Shown: positions 1 to 8,348, numbered from the stretch's first letter. The stretch is DNA of 38,359 bases from Patescibacteria group bacterium (GCA_040384765.1 JAZKIQ010000005.1:87558-125916), one strand, 5' to 3'. Numbers and translations: made by a program. The notes: generated from the sequence alone by a model not told the origin.

Positions 1-22
1 AACGCCCGTAAGGGCGTTTTTT
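1..22 (+). terminator. Rho-independent terminator of an upstream gene outside the window
   Basis: AACGCCC-GTAA-GGGCGTT stem with GNRA loop, followed by a T run. Confidence 0.7.
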
Positions 23-65
23 CGAGTGTGGTACGATAGTCAAAAATTGGTCGCCAAAAAAAAGA

Positions 66-1328
66 ATGATCCCTCTCATGAATCTCGAATCCATCACGAA
101 ACAGCGCTCCACGATCATCATCGGCTTTCTCTCTGGCATGGCCGGCAGCATGCTCGTGCTTTTGTTTGCTCTACCTTTTCTTGGAGACAGGTCGCTTCGG
201 CTCGGTAGCCAAAACGCCGATGACACCACAGTCCGCACAACCAGCAGCTCTGTATGGAACTCGCTCTTTGGCACAGATGCGGAGAGCAGCGACACGCCAA
301 TTGTGCGCGCGGTAGAGTCGGCAAGCCCAGCCGTGGTATCGATCATTATTTCGGAAGAGGTGCGTGCGCGCGACTCGTCGGCACTCCGCGACCCCTTTTT
401 CCGCTATTTCTTTGGAGACGACCTTCCCTTTGAAACTCCCCGCGAGCCCGGAACAAAAGAGGAGACAGGCGGCGGCTCCGGATTTCTCGTATCAAGCGAT
501 GGCCTCATCGCCACCAACAAACATGTGGTAGACAACACCGATGCCGAATACGCGGTGTACACCAACGATGGCAAAAAGCATCTCGCCAAAGTAGTGGCGC
601 TCGACCCGGTGTACGATATCGCGCTCATCAAGATCGAAGGGAGTGGCTACGCGCATCTCTCGTTTGGCAACTCGGACACGCTGCGAGTCGGCGAGACAGC
701 AATAGCCATCGGCAACGCCCTGGCAGAGTTTCGCAACACTGTATCGGTGGGCGTGATCTCCGGGCTTTCGCGCTCTATCGTAGCAAGCGACCTCACTGGA
801 AGCGCAGAGTCACTTGAGGATGTTATCCAAACAGACGCGGCGATAAATCCTGGCAACTCAGGCGGGCCCCTCCTCGACACGAGCGGCCGCGTCGTTGGCA
901 TGAATGTAGCGGTAGCATACGGCTCTCAGAGTATCGGCTTTGCCCTCCCCGGAAACGAGGTAAAAAAGGCGGTCGAGTCGGTACTCAAGCATGGCACGAT
1001 AAAGCGTGCGTTTCTCGGCGTGCGGTACGTAGCTATCACTCCAGAGATTGCCCAGGAAGAAGGGCTCTCGGTCGACGAAGGGATTCTGATTCTCCCGGGA
1101 GACTCGCGCGATGAGCCAGCAGTGGTGCCCGGCTCCCCTGCGGCAAAAGCAGGCCTGCGTGCCGGAGACAGCATCATCGAGATCGACGGCACCAAGCTAA
1201 CCCTCGACCACACCCTCTCAGTACAGATAAGGAAAAAAGATCCAGGGGAGACGATCCGGCTTCGGGTGCTGCGTGGAAACACCGAGCTCCTGATAGATGC
1301 GACCCTTGGCGAAACACCAAAGGAGTAA
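66..1328 (+). CDS. htrA: HtrA/DegP-family serine protease with N-terminal membrane anchor and one PDZ domain
   Basis: GSGF..TNKHVV, DIALIK and IQTDAAINPGNSGGPL catalytic-triad motifs; C-terminal PDZ (AFLGV...GSPAAKAGLRAGD). Start could be ATG 66 or 78. Confidence 0.95.
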   Translation: MIPLMNLESITKQRSTIIIGFLSGMAGSMLVLLFALPFLGDRSLRLGSQNADDTTVRTTSSSVWNSLFGTDAESSDTPIVRAVESASPAVVSIIISEEVRARDSSALRDPFFRYFFGDDLPFETPREPGTKEETGGGSGFLVSSDGLIATNKHVVDNTDAEYAVYTNDGKKHLAKVVALDPVYDIALIKIEGSGYAHLSFGNSDTLRVGETAIAIGNALAEFRNTVSVGVISGLSRSIVASDLTGSAESLEDVIQTDAAINPGNSGGPLLDTSGRVVGMNVAVAYGSQSIGFALPGNEVKKAVESVLKHGTIKRAFLGVRYVAITPEIAQEEGLSVDEGILILPGDSRDEPAVVPGSPAAKAGLRAGDSIIEIDGTKLTLDHTLSVQIRKKDPGETIRLRVLRGNTELLIDATLGETPKE

Positions 1329-1340
1329 AGCTAGATAACG

Positions 1341-1455
1341 AAAAATGGGCCACCGGTTCTTTTCTACTGAAAAGCCCCGCAGCCCCCGCCTCCCTCGCCT
1401 TCGCTCGGTCCGGCCGCGATCTTCCGTTTGAAATGGGGGGTGGCCCATTTCAAAC
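1341..1455. repeat. Structured intergenic repeat, family A copy 1
   Basis: 38-nt core 1378-1415 matches 19129-19166 at 34/38 positions; flanked by hairpins. Confidence 0.8.
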
Positions 1456-1456
1456 A

Positions 1457-1485
1457 AAAAATCGCCCCAATAGGGAGCGATTTTT
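1457..1485. terminator. Bidirectional terminator between convergent htrA and transglycosylase genes
   Basis: AAAAATCGC..CCC / GGG..GCGATTTTT stem with A and T tails. Confidence 0.65.
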
Positions 1486-1538
1486 CGTTAGCGCGTTTCG
1501 GAAAGTCAGTGACGTACCGTAACGGCTTTCACAAGATA

Positions 1539-2024
1539 TTAGATTGCTGCGCGCTTTAACACCTTGGCATGGCATGTCCAGTGACCTTCTTTGCCGTTGG
1601 CAAAGGCGATCATGGCAAGCTGAATGCTATCTTCCGGATCTGTATAGTCGAGACCGGAGAGCTTGAACTCCCGAGCGAAGAGGGTAAACGTCTGCTCATG
1701 AAACTGATAGATTCCATAAGCGAGACCGTGATCCCCGTACACATCGGGACGAAGCTCGGATTCGCACTGAGCAACAGCGACTGCATGCTTCGGATCTACT
1801 CCGTAGCGCTTCGCATACTGCTCGATGAGCCCCTTCCAATACTCACGGGTACCGTTTACGCGTCCATCCCCGATCTGAGCGTTTTTAGCGTTCATACGCG
1901 CGGTGGACACTTTCGGTACTGTAGAGGCAGGAAGCGACACATCTGCGACCGTGACAGGGGCCGTTTGAGGCACCCCAGCGGAAAGCGTTGTGACAATCGC
2001 AAGACTTGCGACAGCCTTCTGAAT
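1539..2024 (-). CDS. Secreted lysozyme-fold protein (SLT/transglycosylase- or Rpf-like)
   Basis: YAKRYGVDP..AVAVAQCES (catalytic Glu), GIYQF, DPEDSI, HWTC. The frame is open upstream of GTG 1973 to 2069 and encodes a signal-like segment; start tentatively placed at ATT 2024. Confidence 0.8.
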   Translation of the reverse strand: MQKAVASLAIVTTLSAGVPQTAPVTVADVSLPASTVPKVSTARMNAKNAQIGDGRVNGTREYWKGLIEQYAKRYGVDPKHAVAVAQCESELRPDVYGDHGLAYGIYQFHEQTFTLFAREFKLSGLDYTDPEDSIQLAMIAFANGKEGHWTCHAKVLKRAAI

Positions 2025-2127
2025 GACGAGCGTTAAGATATAAGTGAACTTAAGAGGATCGGTCGCTTCTCAAATGAAGTATGCGCGACTAGCACATGCC
2101 TCGTTTATGCCGTTTCTAGATGAGTAT

Positions 2128-2156
2128 ATTATACCACGACAGGTGTTAATTGTCAA
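2128..2156 (-). promoter_or_regulatory. Perfect sigma70 promoter for the transglycosylase gene
   Basis: Minus strand TTGACA (2151-2156), 17-nt spacer, TG-n-TATAAT (2128-2133). Confidence 0.85.
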
Positions 2157-2385
2157 GCTTCCGGACGAAGGCAGTGGTACTAAAATACCCTTATGTTGTC
2201 TCATATTTGAGACAGATGTACCCCTCTGGACACTGAGGGAGTAGGGCGTATTTTTAGCATAGTAAAGCTCAGTTTGCAACCCATAAAACGACGAAGCAAA
2301 ACGGCCCATCCTTTCCCCTCAAAACGCGACAGTTTGCCCTTGTTTTGCTACCATGCAAGTCATTACTTCTTAAACTTCACGCAGG

Positions 2386-2964
2386 ATGAACTACCAGGAA
2401 AAAACATTCGATTTCGGTACGCTCGACGGGTTCTCCGAGAAACAGATTTCCGAACACCTCAAGCTGTATGCGGGGTATGTAAAGAATGTGAACAGGATAG
2501 AGACCGAGATTGGCGCCCTCATGGCAGATTCTGAGAAAAACGCTCTTTCCCTCTCAGAGATCAAGCGACGCCTCGGCTTTGAATGGAACGGCATGCGCCT
2601 CCACGAGCTCTATTTTGATGCCCTGGGACATGCATCTGGCCTCGATCCTGCATCAGGCCTCTCGCAGGCAATCGAGAAGCGCTGGGGCTCGGTAGATGAA
2701 CTCAAGGCACAGCTTAAAGCTATCGGCCTCATGCGCGGCATCGGCTGGGTACTGCTCGTAAACGACCGCGCAGCTGACATGCTTCAAACAGTATGGGTGG
2801 GCGACCACGAGGTGGGTCACCTTGCGGGAACAGAGGTGCTCCTCGCCATGGATGTGTGGGAGCACGCGTACGCTGTAGACTATCTCCCTACGGGGCGCGC
2901 AGCATATATCGACGCCTTTATGAAAAACCTTAATTGGGGGAAAGTCGCAGAACGCTTTAATTAA
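2386..2964 (+). CDS. sod: Fe/Mn superoxide dismutase family protein
   Basis: ISEHLKLYAGYV, LHELYF, GIGW and DVWEHAY metal-ligand motifs. Confidence 0.9.
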   Translation: MNYQEKTFDFGTLDGFSEKQISEHLKLYAGYVKNVNRIETEIGALMADSEKNALSLSEIKRRLGFEWNGMRLHELYFDALGHASGLDPASGLSQAIEKRWGSVDELKAQLKAIGLMRGIGWVLLVNDRAADMLQTVWVGDHEVGHLAGTEVLLAMDVWEHAYAVDYLPTGRAAYIDAFMKNLNWGKVAERFN

Positions 2965-2969
2965 AAGTG

Positions 2970-3698
2970 ATGGAAAATCCTCAAAACCCCTCGAATCCGT
3001 ACCTAATCCCTGGTGCCATTGTGATGGCGGGCCTCATTATTGCAGGCGCTCTCTATTTCTCCCGCACAGCGAATCAGCCAACTACAGATACTGGCCCTTC
3101 TCCCGAAGAACAGCTCGCGAAGCTCGAGAAGATCTCCCCTGTCACTGCAGCCGATCATATCCTCGGCAATCCAGAGGCACCTATCAAGATCGTGGAGTTC
3201 TCCGACCTTGAGTGCCCCTTCTGCAAACAGTTCCACAACACTCTCACGCGCCTCATGAGCGACTACGGCAAGACGGGAGAGCTTGCATGGGTATACAGAC
3301 ACTTCCCGATCGACAACCTCCACCCAAAGGCACGGAGCGAGGCGTACGCCCTCGAGTGTGCGGCAGAGATAGGCGGCGAATCAAAATTCTGGCCGTTCAT
3401 GAATGAGATCATGGCGATCACCCCCTCCAACAACGGCCTTGAAGCAGCCGAGCTGCCAAAGATCGCCACAAGGCTCGGAATCGATCGTGCGAAGTTTGAG
3501 ACCTGTCTTGCGAGCGACAAGTATAAACAAAAGGTGGACAACCAGATCGCCGAGGCGATCGCCACTGGAGCACAAGGCACCCCGTGGAGCATCATGCTGG
3601 TTACAAAAGATAGCAAAGTAAAAGTGCCAATCAACGGCTCGCTGCCCTACGACGATGTGAAGGGTGCTATCGACGAACTGCTCGCGAAGTATAAATAG
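2970..3698 (+). CDS. DsbA/DsbG-like thioredoxin-fold oxidoreductase with membrane anchor
   Basis: N-terminal TM segment; EFSDLECPFC (CxxC), YRHFP, GTP cis-Pro loop. Confidence 0.92.
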   Translation: MENPQNPSNPYLIPGAIVMAGLIIAGALYFSRTANQPTTDTGPSPEEQLAKLEKISPVTAADHILGNPEAPIKIVEFSDLECPFCKQFHNTLTRLMSDYGKTGELAWVYRHFPIDNLHPKARSEAYALECAAEIGGESKFWPFMNEIMAITPSNNGLEAAELPKIATRLGIDRAKFETCLASDKYKQKVDNQIAEAIATGAQGTPWSIMLVTKDSKVKVPINGSLPYDDVKGAIDELLAKYK

Positions 3699-3729
3699 GA
3701 AAATCTTAAAGCGTAGCGTCTCCATATAG

Positions 3730-3762
3730 TAAGGGCCAGGTTCCTCCGGAACCTGGCCCTTA
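3730..3762. terminator. 15-bp perfect hairpin between convergent genes
   Basis: TAAGGGCCAGGTTCC-TCC-GGAACCTGGCCCTTA, followed by TCTTTTT. Confidence 0.7.
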
Positions 3763-3779
3763 TCTTTTTAGACCCACCT

Positions 3780-4148
3780 TCAGTCCCAGAACCCAAAGAG
3801 TGATGCTACTGCTTCGTCGTAGCATTCTTCGGGCATTTCTGGCATCACGATCGAGCTGTGTCGTTTGTCGCGCTCGTGAAATACAGCGCCGAACATGCTT
3901 ACCAAGAGCGCGCGACCCCATCCCACGCGAGCGACGAGGCCAGGCTCAAGGTTCTTCACATTCTCAATCTCAATAAAGCTCTCCACTCCACGCCTAAACA
4001 CCAGGCGATCTCCCTCAAACGTGAAAGGGAAATCTCTGCTTTTACCGAGGAGCGTATTCGTCACCGTGAAGACCCCTTCGTGGCCTAGCTCTGTTTCTGA
4101 CCGGAGAAGGCGACACTTTAGCAAACGGAACTCTTTCTCGTCTTCCAT
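3780..4148 (-). CDS. Hypothetical protein (122 aa, orphan)
   Basis: Open frame with AGGGAGG Shine-Dalgarno 5 nt before ATG 4148; no family recognised. Confidence 0.65.
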   Translation of the reverse strand: MEDEKEFRLLKCRLLRSETELGHEGVFTVTNTLLGKSRDFPFTFEGDRLVFRRGVESFIEIENVKNLEPGLVARVGWGRALLVSMFGAVFHERDKRHSSIVMPEMPEECYDEAVASLFGFWD

Positions 4149-4254
4149 GAACACCTCCCTCTTTTATCTATCACAGACGAGATATCTGTCCAATCGATTT
4201 AAAAAAGAACCTCGGCGCAGAGCGTCGAGGCATCTTGGGGCTGGAATCCCCTGG

Positions 4255-4446
4255 CTAGTCGCCGGGCGCGTTGTAGTCGTCCGGCTCCTCCCACATATCG
4301 CGGGGATCGGTATCGCTTGCGGCAGGCCAAGGGTTTGGCCAGACGTCAGGCCCCTTTTTCTTGAGAGGCATGGCGAGCCCCGCGCACGAGAGCACAAACA
4401 CGAGGATGAAGGCCACCGTGGCCAGCACCTCTGCAAAAGGTATCAT
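4255..4446 (-). CDS. Small single-pass membrane protein (63 aa) with acidic, Pro/Trp-rich tail
   Basis: AGGGAGG SD before ATG 4446; MIPFAEVLATVAFILVFVLSCAGLAMPLKKK hydrophobic helix. Confidence 0.6.
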   Translation of the reverse strand: MIPFAEVLATVAFILVFVLSCAGLAMPLKKKGPDVWPNPWPAASDTDPRDMWEEPDDYNAPGD

Positions 4447-4685
4447 ACAGCACCTCCCTTCTGAATGGCTTTTTACCACATTTTTTGAGAAAAAGCAAGT
4501 AATGTTGCCACAAAAAAACAAAAGGCCCTTGCGGGGCTTTTGGAGAACTTTTGAGATTATCGCTTTGACCACTGGTCGCTTCGCTCCCAAGAAACCCACG
4601 GTTTCTTGCGCTCGAGTACGAGCTTTTTCCTCCACGGGAAGGGACAATCTCCCTTCCCGACCCCAACCCAGCAGTCTCGCAAACT

Positions 4686-4725
4686 ATAAAAATAAAACCC
4701 GGCATATGCCGGGTTTTATTTTTAT
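4686..4725. terminator. Perfect 40-bp palindrome ending the ribosomal protein operon
   Basis: ATAAAAATAAAACCCGGCAT/ATGCCGGGTTTTATTTTTAT, overlapping the rpsI stop codon. Confidence 0.8.
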
Positions 4726-5126
4726 CGCTTACTCCACTGTGGGCTCTTGCGGGCCTTCTTGAGACCGAACTTGCGGCGCTCCTTAATGCGAGCATCGCGA
4801 GTGAGCATACCGGCTTTCTTTACCGGAGCTTTGAGCTCTGCATCGTGCTTTACGAGGGCGCGAGCAATACCGTGAGCGAGTGCTTCTGCTTGCGAGTGAA
4901 TACCGCCGCCCTTCACGTGCACACTGATATCGAGCTTTGCCTCTGGGGCCATCTCATTGAGAGGATGCATAACTATCGTGCGCATCTCCTCTGTTGGGAA
5001 ATATGCGTCAAGCGTTTTTGAGTTTACGTGAATTGCAGATTTCGTGCTTTTTGAAATACGAACACGCGCGATCGATGTTTTGCGCTTTCCTACTCCTTCT
5101 ACGTATGGTGTCTTTACGGCTGTCAT
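4722..5126 (-). CDS. rpsI: 30S ribosomal protein S9
   Basis: GKRKTSIARV, GGG..QAEA, ERRKFGLKKARKSPQWSKR. Confidence 0.98.
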   Translation of the reverse strand: MTAVKTPYVEGVGKRKTSIARVRISKSTKSAIHVNSKTLDAYFPTEEMRTIVMHPLNEMAPEAKLDISVHVKGGGIHSQAEALAHGIARALVKHDAELKAPVKKAGMLTRDARIKERRKFGLKKARKSPQWSKR

Positions 5127-5138
5127 ATATAGTAAAAA

Positions 5139-5498
5139 CTAGTCTAGAACCGTAAGGTTCTTAATAATGCGATCTGAAAGTTTGTTGTCTGGAAGCATGC
5201 CGTATACAGCCTTCTTGAACACTTCGCCGTATCCCTTGCGGGCAATCATCTCAGCGAGCGTAAACGCCTTCTGTCCGCCTGGATAGCCTGAGTAGTGAAG
5301 GTACACTTTGCCGTCGAGCTTGCGCTCACTCACTTCGATCTTGCTCGCGTTGACGATCGACACCTTTACGCGCGGCTCGATATGGTTTGCAAAAGAGGTC
5401 TCTGCCTTTCCGCGCAGGAGTTTAGCCGCCGCTGACGCTACGCGTCCAATCGACTTTCCTGCTGCGTCCAACGTATGTGTAGTGTATGCGGTAGACAT
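5139..5498 (-). CDS. rplM: 50S ribosomal protein L13 (short form)
   Basis: LDAAGKSIGRVAS, HYSGYPGG, AVYGMLP; ATG 5498 preferred over upstream TTG. Confidence 0.96.
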   Translation of the reverse strand: MSTAYTTHTLDAAGKSIGRVASAAAKLLRGKAETSFANHIEPRVKVSIVNASKIEVSERKLDGKVYLHYSGYPGGQKAFTLAEMIARKGYGEVFKKAVYGMLPDNKLSDRIIKNLTVLD

Positions 5499-5502
5499 GG
5501 TA

Positions 5503-5853
5503 TTAAACGAGTTCAATCACAGCCATCGGGCTTCCGTCAGAAAGGCGGCGAGGAAGCTTGATAACACGAGTGTATCCCCCTGGACGCTCTTTATAGCGCG
5601 GAGACACCTTCTCGACAAGGGCCTTTGCACGAGCTGCAGTGCCAAGGCGTGTCACGAGAACGCGTCGGGATGCTACCGAATCAGTCTTGCCACGAGTGAT
5701 AAGCTTCTCTACAAAGCTCGAAAGCTCCTTTGCTTTTGCCTGGGTAGTGGTGATTTTGCCATGAAGAATCAACCCCTCTGCGAGTGATCGCAAGAGTGCG
5801 AGGCGGAGGTTCGACTTTCGTCCGAATTTTCGATTTGAGTTATGGTGTCTCAT
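5503..5853 (-). CDS. rplQ: 50S ribosomal protein L17
   Basis: MRHHNSNRKFGR, ITTTQAKAKE, RPGGYTR. Confidence 0.98.
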   Translation of the reverse strand: MRHHNSNRKFGRKSNLRLALLRSLAEGLILHGKITTTQAKAKELSSFVEKLITRGKTDSVASRRVLVTRLGTAARAKALVEKVSPRYKERPGGYTRVIKLPRRLSDGSPMAVIELV

Positions 5854-5860
5854 GGTGGCT

Positions 5861-5890
5861 AGGGTTCAGAGCTCAGAGTTTAGAGTTCAG
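5861..5890. repeat. Heptamer tandem repeat (AGAGTTC-like x4)
   Basis: AGGGTTC AGAGCTC AGAGTTT AGAGTTC fills the rpoA-rplQ gap. Confidence 0.7.
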
Positions 5891-5891
5891 T

Positions 5892-6857
5892 CTACTTGAG
5901 GGTTATGCCGAAATTAGAAAGCACGCGCTTGATCTCGCCGATCCCCTTCTCTCCCATACCGGCAATCTCGAGAAGATCCTCCTCGCGCTTGCGGGCAAGG
6001 CCGCCAACCGTGCGGATCGATGCAGCCGTAAGAGCATTGAGCGTGCGAGCCGAGAAGCCAAGATCCTCGATACGAGTCTTGAGAGCGTCCTCGTCTGTCG
6101 ACTCCTTATCTTTTGAGTCGGAGATCTCCTCCTTGTCTGCCATCGGAGCCGATACAACAACCTCTTCCTCTCGGAAGCCAACAATAGCGCGAAGCTGGTC
6201 GATCATAAGAGCGACCGAGCTCTCGAGTGCCTCGCGAGGAGAGATGATACCATCTGTCTCGATCGAGATACGAAGACGGTTGTAATCAGTACGATCGCCA
6301 ACACGCATGTTTTCTACTTCGTAGTTTACGCGACGGATTGGAGTGAAGATGGCATCTACGGCAATCATGCCCACCTCCACCTTCTCCTTTGCATGCACCT
6401 CCTTTGGCACGTAGCCAAGGCCTTTTTCAATAGTGATCTCCATCTCAAGCGTCGTGCCCTTGTCGGTAACGTGGCAGATCTCAAGCTCTGGGTTTGTGAG
6501 CTCTACCTGGCCTGGGATCTTGAGGTCAGCACCCGTGACAGTCTTTACGCCCGAGACTTTGATGGTTGCCTTCTGTGGCTCATCGCTCGAGAGACGAAAA
6601 CGAAGCTGCTTGAGGTTGAGGAGAATCGTGATGACATCTTCCTTCACACCGTCGATGGTCGAAAACTCATGAGCTACACCGTCGATCTTTACAGCAGTAA
6701 TAGCCGCGCCGGGAAGCGAGGAGAGGATGATGCGGCGAAGCGAGTTGCCGAGTGTGTGTCCGTATCCCGGATACAACCCGTCGATCTCGTAGACTCCCTT
6801 TGAGTCTTTCTCAACGACGATCTTCGGCTTTGAAGGCAAAATAATGCTGTATGACAT
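5892..6857 (-). CDS. rpoA: RNA polymerase alpha subunit
   Basis: GYGHTLGNSLRRIILSSLPG, HEFSTIDGVKED, alpha-CTD (IEDLGFSART). Confidence 0.98.
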   Translation of the reverse strand: MSYSIILPSKPKIVVEKDSKGVYEIDGLYPGYGHTLGNSLRRIILSSLPGAAITAVKIDGVAHEFSTIDGVKEDVITILLNLKQLRFRLSSDEPQKATIKVSGVKTVTGADLKIPGQVELTNPELEICHVTDKGTTLEMEITIEKGLGYVPKEVHAKEKVEVGMIAVDAIFTPIRRVNYEVENMRVGDRTDYNRLRISIETDGIISPREALESSVALMIDQLRAIVGFREEEVVVSAPMADKEEISDSKDKESTDEDALKTRIEDLGFSARTLNALTAASIRTVGGLARKREEDLLEIAGMGEKGIGEIKRVLSNFGITLK

Positions 6858-6875
6858 GGCGCAGTCTTTATAAAA

Positions 6876-7484
6876 TTAGCGGCTATAAAACTCAACGATT
6901 GCGTGGAGATTCAAGCCAGATGCAGACATTTCAGACGGACTCGGCGCCCCGAGTACTTCACCAGTAAGTACGTCACTCTTTGTAAGGAGCCACTCCGGTG
7001 AGCGGTGCTCCTTTAGCTTCTCATTCATATTGCCGAAAAGGGATGAACCTTTCGATCCCTCTCGCACACCGATCACCTCCTTTGTATCAACATGGTAGGA
7101 AGGGATCGTCACGCGCTTGCCATTGATCGTGATATGTCCATGAGAGACCATCTGTCGTGCTGCACGACGAGACGCTGCAAACCCGAGGCGGTACACCACG
7201 TTGTCGAGACGCATCTCGAGCGAGCGATAGAGGAGCTCGATCGTATTTGAGCCTCGCTTTTCACGAGCCGCGGTGACGTAGTTTGAAAACTGTCGCTCAG
7301 TAATACCGTACGCAAATCGAATCTTCTGCTTTTCGGTGAGCTGTGTACCGAAATCACTTTTGTTGCCACCTCTCTTGCCCTTTCCTTTTACAGGAGCGGC
7401 TGTCTGAAAGCGCGGTGACTGGCACTGAGGGAAAATACGGTCTCCTACGCGGCGGCAAATTTTAAATTTCTTTGGAGCAATCAT
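6876..7484 (-). CDS. rpsD: 30S ribosomal protein S4
   Basis: QLTEKQK, LEMRLDNVVYRLGFA, ARQMVSHGHI, IVEFYSR. Confidence 0.98.
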   Translation of the reverse strand: MIAPKKFKICRRVGDRIFPQCQSPRFQTAAPVKGKGKRGGNKSDFGTQLTEKQKIRFAYGITERQFSNYVTAAREKRGSNTIELLYRSLEMRLDNVVYRLGFAASRRAARQMVSHGHITINGKRVTIPSYHVDTKEVIGVREGSKGSSLFGNMNEKLKEHRSPEWLLTKSDVLTGEVLGAPSPSEMSASGLNLHAIVEFYSR

Positions 7485-7496
7485 GGAAATATATGA

Positions 7497-7925
7497 CTAT
7501 ACGCGACGAGGCTTTTTAGGCTTCGGACCGTTGTGGGGAATGCCAGTAATATCCTTGATCGAGCCAATACTGATACCCTTTGACGAAAAAGCTCGAATCG
7601 AAGACTCGCGGCCTGACCCTACGCCCTTTACCACTACGTCCACCTCGCTAATACCTAGTGCCTGCGCTTTTTCAGCGAGGGTCTCGGCCACCTTGGCAGC
7701 TGCAAAAGGGGTGCCTTTCTTGGCGCCCTTAAAACCGAGCGATCCGGCCGATGACCAGAAGAGCGCGTTGCCACCTCCGTCGGTCACGAGAAGCTTGGTG
7801 TTGTTGTACGTCGACTGCACGTGCAAGATGCCGGTCGAAATCTTCACTCTCGAAGAAGCAGGTGCCTTTGGGGCACCAGCACCTTCTGCTCCTTCTTCTT
7901 TTGTAATTATCCGTTTCTTACCCAT
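7497..7925 (-). CDS. rpsK: 30S ribosomal protein S11
   Basis: STYNNT, GFKGAKKGTPFAA, IPHNGPKPKKPRRV. Confidence 0.98.
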   Translation of the reverse strand: MGKKRIITKEEGAEGAGAPKAPASSRVKISTGILHVQSTYNNTKLLVTDGGGNALFWSSAGSLGFKGAKKGTPFAAAKVAETLAEKAQALGISEVDVVVKGVGSGRESSIRAFSSKGISIGSIKDITGIPHNGPKPKKPRRV

Positions 7926-7952
7926 TGGAAAGTCTGTATTCTACGCTAATTT

Positions 7953-8333
7953 CTATTTCTTTTCAAGCTTCTTCTTTCCGGAGCCCATAGTCTTCCTTAC
8001 GTTGCCCCTACGGGTGCGGGAGTTGGTCTTGGTGCGCTGTCCGCGAGAAGGGAGTCCGCGCTGGTGGCGCATCCCCCGATATGCCTTGATATCCTTGAGG
8101 CGCTTTATGCTTGCAGCCACTTCGCGCTTGAGGTCACCTTCGATCTTGAGCCCCTCCATCACCTTGCGGAGCTTATTCTCCTCATCCACCGAAAGCTCCG
8201 CAGACTTCTTCTCATACGGAACGCCCGCCTTGTCGAGAATCATCTTTGCTCGGGAGCGGCCAATGCCATACACGGCAGTCAGTCCGACTTCGAGGCGCTT
8301 CTTATCTGGAATGGTTATACCTGCTACACGCAT
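7953..8333 (-). CDS. rpsM: 30S ribosomal protein S13
   Basis: LTAVYGIG, YRGMRHQRGLPSRGQRTKTNSRT. Confidence 0.98.
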   Translation of the reverse strand: MRVAGITIPDKKRLEVGLTAVYGIGRSRAKMILDKAGVPYEKKSAELSVDEENKLRKVMEGLKIEGDLKREVAASIKRLKDIKAYRGMRHQRGLPSRGQRTKTNSRTRRGNVRKTMGSGKKKLEKK

Positions 8334-8348
8334 CTGTATTAAAATAAA

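Noticed and set aside
4164-4436. 90-aa minus-strand ORF
   Set aside because: The alternative frame 4255-4446 has the SD, an ATG and a clear TM helix.
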